In this document: piece after piece, positions 55,581 through 64,000 of the stretch
Layout of the letters: each line of letters opens with the position of its first letter
Position numbering within the stretch: the first letter of the stretch is position 1
DNA from: Octopus vulgaris
Taxonomy: Eukaryota
Direction: 5' to 3'
Length of the DNA stretch: 64,000 nucleotides
Assembly (NCBI GenBank): GCA_951406725.2
Contig: OX597817.1
Location: 132,990,001 to 133,054,000 of the forward strand
The notes under the pieces: model-generated
Seen by the model: only the letters and a program-made list of their open reading frames with translations
Told to the model about the DNA's origin: nothing
Database searches by the model: none
Program-made: the position numbers and the translations under genes

Positions 55581-55829
55581 ATACATACATGTGTGTGTAT
55601 TTACTGTGTGTATTTCAGTTTGATGTGAAAGGCTTCTCTTGTGACTAAGCTCAAAATCAATAGTACATGGGTGCATAATTCTGTTTGCCTATTAATAATT
55701 ATATATTAGAATGCACACACACGCGCGCGTGCGCACAACCACATACGCGCGCACACACACACGTATTTAATTATGCATGTCTATTTACTCAAATAAACGC
55801 CTATAAACATTTGTCTACATTATGTGTTC

Positions 55830-55864
<35 letters not shown>

Positions 55865-56080
55865 AAAACGTAGGCATAAAAATATCACAAATTATGGTGG
55901 ATGACACCAATGTCAATAGAAACGGCGGCCGGAGATCCCACGGAATGGTCTAATAACAGAACAGAGGGCATTAGGAACTCAATAAAGATTCTTCGATGTT
56001 TTCTTGAAACAATTCCAAAAGACGAGCGATTCTGACTTTCATTTGTTCATTTTGGTATTTATTCCTTCATCTATTTCTAA

Positions 56081-56293
56081 TATACACACACATATATACA
56101 TACAGACAGACACACATATATATATACGTATATATATATACATATCTATATATGCACCTATACACAATGACACATAGACTTACACAAAAGCCCTGTATAA
56201 TAAATGCATATGTCTCTAACCGTGTATGTCTACGTATATATATATCCTTGAATGAAATTCTTTCGCGTTTTTTATGACGACGACAACGACGAC

Positions 56294-56342
<49 letters not shown>

Positions 56343-56410
56343 GTTGTTGTTTGTCCATGGTCAGTATTGCTTAGCGTACTTATGATCAAAGAAATTTAGT
56401 CTAGCCATGA

Positions 56411-56476
<66 letters not shown>

Positions 56477-57564
56477 TTCTCTCCTTTTCTCTTTATATAT
56501 ATATATGTATGTGTGTGTGTGCCTGCGTGTGTGAGCACGCGTGCGCTTGTGTACAGATATACATACATACATACATACATACATAAATACATGCATATAA
56601 ATATATATATGCATTAAGAGAGTACTCTATGGTGGAGGTAACCAATATTATATCCTACTTTAATCCTTGTAGAGATTAAGCACATTGCTACTAATCCAGT
56701 AGCGTCTTATGTATACAGGAAGAATCTTTATGAAAGATTACTAGCATCTTTATATCGCCCAATGAATGCTTAGGTTAATTAACGCAGTCATGAAACTAAT
56801 TGTTACGAATTGTTAAATTACAGCCTGACTATATTTTCAAAGAGCGAGCGATAAAGAAAGAGAGGAACCCTGAATGTGATTGCGTTTGCGGCAATATGCT
56901 TGAATATATTTGTGGCTTCCAGCTTCTGTAATACTATAGTCTTGGAAATGGTCAACCGGCGTTTGTTTTTAACTTCCTGTTACGCGTCAGGGGATTGGAC
57001 CAAAGTCCGGGTTATTTTACTCTGCTTCGCCTTCAAATTTGAATGAGCGTTTCTGGTATTTAATTGTATTCATGGATGCTTCAAAATACGCCCAAACAGG
57101 AACTTCTATATATACAAATATATAAATTGAGTCTGCGCACCTCGCACGTGCATATGTATGGTTTTAAAGTATATCAAAATATAATTGTGTTTGCATATGC
57201 CTGTATATATTTGGTTTGCATAAATTTTTGGCAGAGACATATTTTCGCTAAACTTTGTGTAAAAGAAATATGTGATCCTGTTTGTTTCCGGTTAATATAT
57301 CGATTATGTATGGGAATGTTTTTAAACATATTTTGGAATAAATATTTATTGATATGCATACACACACACACATACATACACACAAACACACACACACATA
57401 TGCATACACACAAACACACACACACGTAGACATACACGGTTAGAGACATATGCATTTATTATACAGGGCTTTTGTGTAAGTCTATGTATCATTGTGTATA
57501 GGTGCATATATAGATATGTATATATATATATATGTTTGTCTGTATGTATATATGTGTATGTATA
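56081..57564. repeat. Inverted duplication of about 150 bp (56081-56235 and 57424-57564) around a 1.19-kb spacer
   Basis: Unique core tgcacctatacacaatga(c/t)acatagacttacacaaaagccctgtataa...gtctacgt is mirrored with one mismatch. Confidence 0.88.
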
Positions 57565-57971
57565 TATACATATATATATATGTATATATATACATATATA
57601 TATATATGTATATACATACATATATATACATATACATATATATATACATATACGTGTCTGTATGTATATATATATATATGTGTATAAACACGCACACACA
57701 CATATATATATATACAAATATACATGTATGTATATATATAACACGTATATTCAAACACGTATATATATATATATTTGTTCTTTATATACGTATGTATGTA
57801 TATATATATATATGTATGTGTGTGTGTAAATGTGTGTGCATATATTTATATACACACATACTCTTTCCCCCTCTCTCTCTCTCTCGCTCTCTCTCATACA
57901 CGCACATACTCACAAGTAGAGATTGATAAGTCAATAGGCAGACTGAAAAACAGAGAACTAGCAAGATAAAC

Positions 57972-58026
<55 letters not shown>

Positions 58027-58152
58027 AGGGGAGAGGGAGGGAGGGAGAAAAAAGATACCAGAAGCTTAGAAGGGTTAACATTAAGACAGACGCGAAGCAT
58101 TCCAATTTAGTGAATAAAGGTGTCGTATCATCAACAAGTGTGATTCTAGTTA

Positions 58153-58228
<76 letters not shown>

Positions 58229-58243
58229 TTCATTATTATTATC

Positions 58244-58317
<74 letters not shown>

Positions 58318-59220
58318 CTTCTTTCAAATTTTCTTCCATTTCTTGCCGAGTGTCTTCCCGACTCCTAGGGCAAAGAAACTCATAGTGTATATTGGTAGGC
58401 CATTAAACCAAACTCAGTAGTTCGTTCATTTTTTTTTTTTTTTTTTTTTTAAAGTTAAATTAAAATACATGAGCAGCAACAGTTCTCACATCGACAGTGC
58501 TCTTCTCAATACGTGTGATGTACCAGTTAAGACAATCTTTTGCACTTCTTGCAGGGATGGTAAGCCAGGGATCATTCTCATATAATTTTCGGTTCCCTTC
58601 TTGATCATTCCTAGGGCTCCTACGATCACTGGTATTGTAACCGCCTTGAGATGCCACATTTTCTCAATTTCAATGAGTAGGTCTTTATATTTTCTGAGCT
58701 TGTCAAACTCTTTCGCTGAGATATTATGATCACAGGGGATGCTCATGTCGATCAATAAGCAAACTTTATTGTTTTGGTCTTTCACAACAATATCTGGTTT
58801 ATTGGCCTTGATGGTTCGGTCTGTATGTACTGGAAAGTCCCACAGAATGGTTACATTTTCTCCTTCAGTTACAGCCTCAGGGTGGTGATTATACCACTTG
58901 TCGGCAGTTTTGATATTGTAATGCCGACTTATTAGCCAGTGGAGATATTGGCCAACTCTGTCATGTCTTAATTTATACTCCACTGGTGCTAAGACTTTAC
59001 ATCCAGAGATTAGGTGGTCCACTGTTTCAATCATGTCGTTGCAGAATCGGCATTTTGGGTTTGCTCCATTTTTCATCACATTGGCCTGGTAGTTCCGGGT
59101 TAATAGGCTTTGGTCTTGAGCAGCCAGGATGAAACCTTCGCTCTCTGCTTTTAGCCCTGAGCTCCGCAGCCACTGATGGGTTTGCTTCTGGTCAACATCA
59201 GCTTGTTTGCTGCGGGTCAC
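58318..59220 (-). mobile_element. 5'-truncated R4/Dong-clade non-LTR retrotransposon in (TAA)n; uninterrupted ORF 58486-59220 plus 3' UTR
   Basis: CCHC knuckle CRFC-x8-H-x4-C, RHD motif and restriction-like endonuclease KPD...ID...K..KY. (TTA)n at 58153-58317 and 59221-59302. Confidence 0.95.
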
Positions 59221-59243
59221 TATTATTATTATTATTATTATTA

Positions 59244-59578
<335 letters not shown>

Positions 59579-59844
59579 ATTGATGATTATTATGACACAA
59601 CAGAACAGATGGTCATATAACGGTAGGGTTACTTCGTCGTACCCCACTTAATTCAACGGCCTTAAATACTATTTCTTTGATGAATCTTGTTTTAGTTGTT
59701 GTTGTTACTGTTTTGGGCCATTTGTTGTCTGCTGACAGGAATTAGAGTGAAATGTAATAACAACAAAATTTCTCGAACAAGCGAGAAATTTGTTTTCACA
59801 TATAAAGGCTGCTTCGAATACTTGCCACTGAAAGGATCTCACTA

Positions 59845-60027
59845 GGCGGGGACGTGGCTGTGTGGTAAGAAGCTTGCTTCATGATCTCATGATTCTGGGT
59901 TCTGTCCTGCTGCAAGGCACCTCGGGCAAGTGTCTTCTACTTTAGCCTCAGGTCAATCAAAACTTTGTGAGTTGTTTTGATAGGTGGACGCTGAAAGAAG
60001 CCCGTTGTGTATACATATATACACACG

Positions 60028-60087
<60 letters not shown>

Positions 60088-60306
60088 TGGGTGTGTCTTC
60101 GTGTATCTGTGTTTGTCCTCTCACCGTCTGACAACCAATGCTTAGCATGTTTACATCCCTGTAACTTAGCGGCAAAGAAAACGATAGAATAAGTAGCAAG
60201 GTTTTAAAAATAAAAATATGTACTGGTGTCGATGCGCTCGACTTTAAAATATTTCAAGGCTCTGCCCCAGCATGGCCGCAGTCCATCAACTATAACAAGT
60301 ACAAAA
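59845..60306 (+). mobile_element. SINE-A
   Basis: Head, (TG)n and tail; a Helitron is inserted at the end of the tail. Confidence 0.88.
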
Positions 60307-60701
60307 TCTTTATATATAAAAGTGAGGTTGTGTGCTGTCCGTCTCCTACGATTTAGATTCCTAACTACTCCCACATTTTGCGGTGCAGTTTAACCAAAAC
60401 CGGGTATCTTATAGTCGTGATTCATATCAAGCCCTTCTGGGTATTAGCGCGCGTCTACGATGAATCTACGATTTTAAAATAATTTACCATCAAATTTTCC
60501 CATTTTTAATGCATTTTTGGCATATATAAGGGAAGTAACTCGCTAAAAATTTACTATTAAATCTCAGAACGTAAAAAGCTACAGTAACACCCCTCCCTTT
60601 GTGGTTAGCCATATTGAGATGGCTATTATACTTTACATCTCTAAAAATGTTATATAGTTATTTCCCTTACAATCCCGAGCAACGCCGGGCGATACTGCTA
60701 G
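60307..60701 (+). mobile_element. Complete non-autonomous Helitron (about 395 bp)
   Basis: a|TCTTTATATATAAAAG...cccg-agcaacgc-cggg hairpin...CTAG|t; A|T target and no TSD. Confidence 0.88.
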
Positions 60702-61108
60702 TAAATTATAAAAGTGTTGGAGATATAAAAATGCAACGAGATTAGGTTTATCAACAGTTGTTAATTGGGGGCGGATAAACGGTGGAAGCTGTTACGGATT
60801 TCGTACAAGACTACCACGAGTGGAAAATAATTAAGAATGACTTAGTGACGGTAATAAATTTTGCATGGAAAAGAGCGAGAATTTTGTGGTGTGCGGCAGT
60901 TTAATGGACACAAACAGTACAAGATAGATTGATTCATATATATCGATAAAAGACATTTAACGACCCGTTTAATAACCATACATAGCGGTGTTCATAAAAC
61001 CAGGGCCCAAACCACTATGAAAATGTCATTGGAGTAAATAGACGTGCAGATCTATGAATGTAAATACACATACACACACACACATATATATATGGGTGTA
61101 TATGTGTT

Positions 61109-61176
<68 letters not shown>

Positions 61177-61284
61177 CACACAGTAAGAGAGAGAGAGAGG
61201 ATAGATAAATACATAGATACATTCACAGCATAAATACATGCTGTGAATGAATCTATTCATAAATGTACATATTCGTATATGTAC

Positions 61285-61334
<50 letters not shown>

Positions 61335-61383
61335 TTGTGTATATATATATACATATATATATATAAATATATATTTGTGTGTG

Positions 61384-61431
<48 letters not shown>

Positions 61432-62072
61432 TATATATATATATATGTATGTATATATATATACATACACACAGTAAGAGAGAGAGAGAGGATAGATAAA
61501 TACATAGATACTGTCACAACATATATATATATATATATATGCTTTTGTGCGTGTGTGTATAATTTTTACATCGATTTGTATTTATTGAATATGTACATAC
61601 GAGTAATATAATAATACAAGTTACAAATCTGTCTTTTGCATCATCATCATCATCATCATCATCATCATTGTCATCATCATAAGCCGTTCTCTCCACCGTA
61701 AAATAGTATTTTGCTTTTGTTTTTCATTAGCCAGCCATTTTATTAATACGGACCGTCAACTACTAATACCAAACTGCTGTGTCTTATAATAAATATTTCA
61801 CTATTATATATACAGCTGACCATCATTCATCACCCTCTCGTCCCCACCACGCACACTCCAACTATTCCTGTTAGACTTAACCCCTTATAAAAATCCTTTA
61901 ACAATCGCTCCAACCCTTTCACCCAATCAACACCATATTTGACAGGGCTTCTCTCACATATTAATTGTTTCTCTTATCTCTCTTTATAATGACCAAGTCT
62001 CGCTCAGATAATACCACGTCTCGCCTTCCATTACGAAGCCCCTCCTTTGCCTCTCTGTCTCCCTTTCACTTA

Positions 62073-62106
<34 letters not shown>

Positions 62107-62116
62107 GACACACACG

Positions 62117-62157
<41 letters not shown>

Positions 62158-62284
62158 ACACATATACACGCACGCACACAGCAACACAAACGTACACAGA
62201 AATATCCATACATGCTATATTCACTCTACCATTATTATTTACTACATCTCTCCCTTTCTTTCTCTATTTTTCTGTGTGTAAATA

Positions 62285-62690
62285 TGTTTGTATGTATGCA
62301 TGTATGTTTGTATGAATGCATGCATGCATGTATGTATGTATGTATGTATGTATGTATGTATGTATGTATGTATGTATGTATGTATGTATGCATGTTTGTA
62401 TGTATGCATGTATGTTTGTATGAATGCATGTATGTATGTATGTATGTACGTATGTATGTATGTATGTATGTATGTATGTATGTATGTATGTATGTATGTA
62501 TGTATGCATGTTTGTATGTATGCATGTATGTTTGTATGAATGCATGTATGTATGTATGTATGTACGTATGTATGTATGTATGTATGTATGTATGTATGCA
62601 TGCATGCATGCATGCATGTATGTATGTATGTATGTATGTATGTATGTATGTATGTATGTATGTATGTATGTGTATATGTATGTATATATA
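62285..62690. repeat. (TATG)n with higher-order periodicity
   Basis: The variant block tgtttgtatgtatgcatgtatgtttgtatgaatgc recurs three times. A further (TATG)/(TGGA) tract spans 63451-64000. Confidence 0.93.
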
Positions 62691-63038
62691 ATATATATAT
62701 AGCTTGAGACTTAAGCGATTAGAAGAGATTTCTAACAGTAGACAATATACAAAACTCCTTCCATATCGAAGTGAAAATGAATTCCACACAGCTCATAGTT
62801 TATCAATTAAAGCTAGTAAAGAAGGCGAAAAAAAAATCCAAAATGTTAGGAGTGGACCAAGTAAAACAGAGGCTACAATTGTTTCATAGCAACTGGAACT
62901 TAATTACGTCAGTTGGAACGAACATAAAGTGGCTTAGCTAATCTTCAGGTCTTTGTTACTTCGACGTAGTTTACATTGCCGCAGGTGATGAGCAAATTCG
63001 TTCATCTCCTGCAGCAACGTAGACCGAATTACAAACAT

Positions 63039-63199
63039 AGGCGCTGGAGTGGTTGTGAGGTAAGAAGCTTGCTTCTCAACCACACGGTTCCGAGTTCAGT
63101 CCCACACTGCCTGGCAATTTGGGTGTCTTCTACCATAGCCTCTGGTCGATCATAGCCTTGTGAGTGGATTTGGTAGACGGAAACTGAAAGAAGCCTGTC

Positions 63200-63257
<58 letters not shown>

Positions 63258-63450
63258 CATAGGTATATATGCATGTGTGTATGTCTGCATTTGTGTGTCT
63301 GTGTTTGTTCATCCCTCTATGGCTTGACAACTGATGTTGGTGTGTTTACGTCCCCATGACTTAGCAGTTCGGCAATAGAGATCGATAGAATAAGTACTGG
63401 GCTTACAAAGAATGTCCTAGATCGATTTGTTCAACTAAAGGCGGTGCTCC
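63039..63450 (+). mobile_element. SINE-A, 3' end replaced by (TATG)n
   Basis: ggcgctggagtggttgtgaggtaagaagc...aaaggcggtgctcc. Confidence 0.9.
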
Positions 63451-64000
63451 GTATGTATGTATGTATGTATATATGCATGTATGTATGTACGTACGTATGT
63501 ATGTATGTATGCATGTACGTATGCATGCATGCATGCATGTATGTATGTATGTATGCATGCATGTATTTATGTATGTATGTATGTATGTATGGATGGATGG
63601 ATGGATGGATGAATGCATGCATGCATGGATGGATGCATGGATCGATGTATGCATGCATGCATGTATGTATGCATGCATGTATGTATGCATGCACGTATGT
63701 ATGTATGTATTGTATGTATGTATGTATGTATGTATCTATGTATGTATGGATGGATGGATGGACGGTTGCATGCATGCATGCATGCATGTATGTATGCATG
63801 CACGTATGTATACATGCATGTATGTATGTATGCATGTATGTATGTATGCATGTATGTATGTATGCATGTATGTATGTATGTATGTATTATGCATGTATGT
63901 ATGGCTGGATGGATGAATGTATGCATGCACTCATGCATGTATGTATGCATGTATGTATGTATGTATGTGTGTGTGTATGTATGTATGTATGTATGTATGT

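Noticed and set aside
58486-59220. Host gene or complete CDS
   Set aside because: The start is an internal GTG at the truncation junction; it is the 3' fragment of a retrotransposon lacking the RT.

Overview
AT-rich animal genomic DNA saturated with microsatellites and interspersed repeats. The repeat families resemble those of octopus (coleoid cephalopod); this is pattern recognition, not a database hit. I find no recognisable host protein-coding gene, rRNA, intact tRNA or CRISPR, and nearly all ORFs in the track are translations of simple repeats. The window contains: (1) three multi-copy tRNA-derived SINE families (called A, B, C here) plus an older family D; (2) LINE fragments: two R4/Dong-type elements, another RLE-like 3' end, an RTE (Rex3/Expander-like) 3' end and a CR1/L2-group 3' end; (3) a Tc1 transposase remnant with its terminal inverted repeat (TIR), hAT-type MITEs and non-autonomous Helitrons; (4) several families of short elements inside (TA)n tracts that carry minimal type-I hammerhead ribozyme motifs like those of Penelope-like elements (PLEs). 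The most interesting pattern is that different microsatellite classes host different mobile elements: (TAA)n holds R4/Dong, (CATA)n an RLE-like LINE, (TCTA)n an unidentified 3' end, and (TA)n the hammerhead elements. SINE-A carries an internal (TA)/(TG) tract that appears to act as a landing pad for the (TA)n elements. There are also many fold-back inverted repeats (one may be an assembly artefact), two candidate short exons and one pre-miRNA-like hairpin. Coordinates were counted by hand, so edges are approximate.
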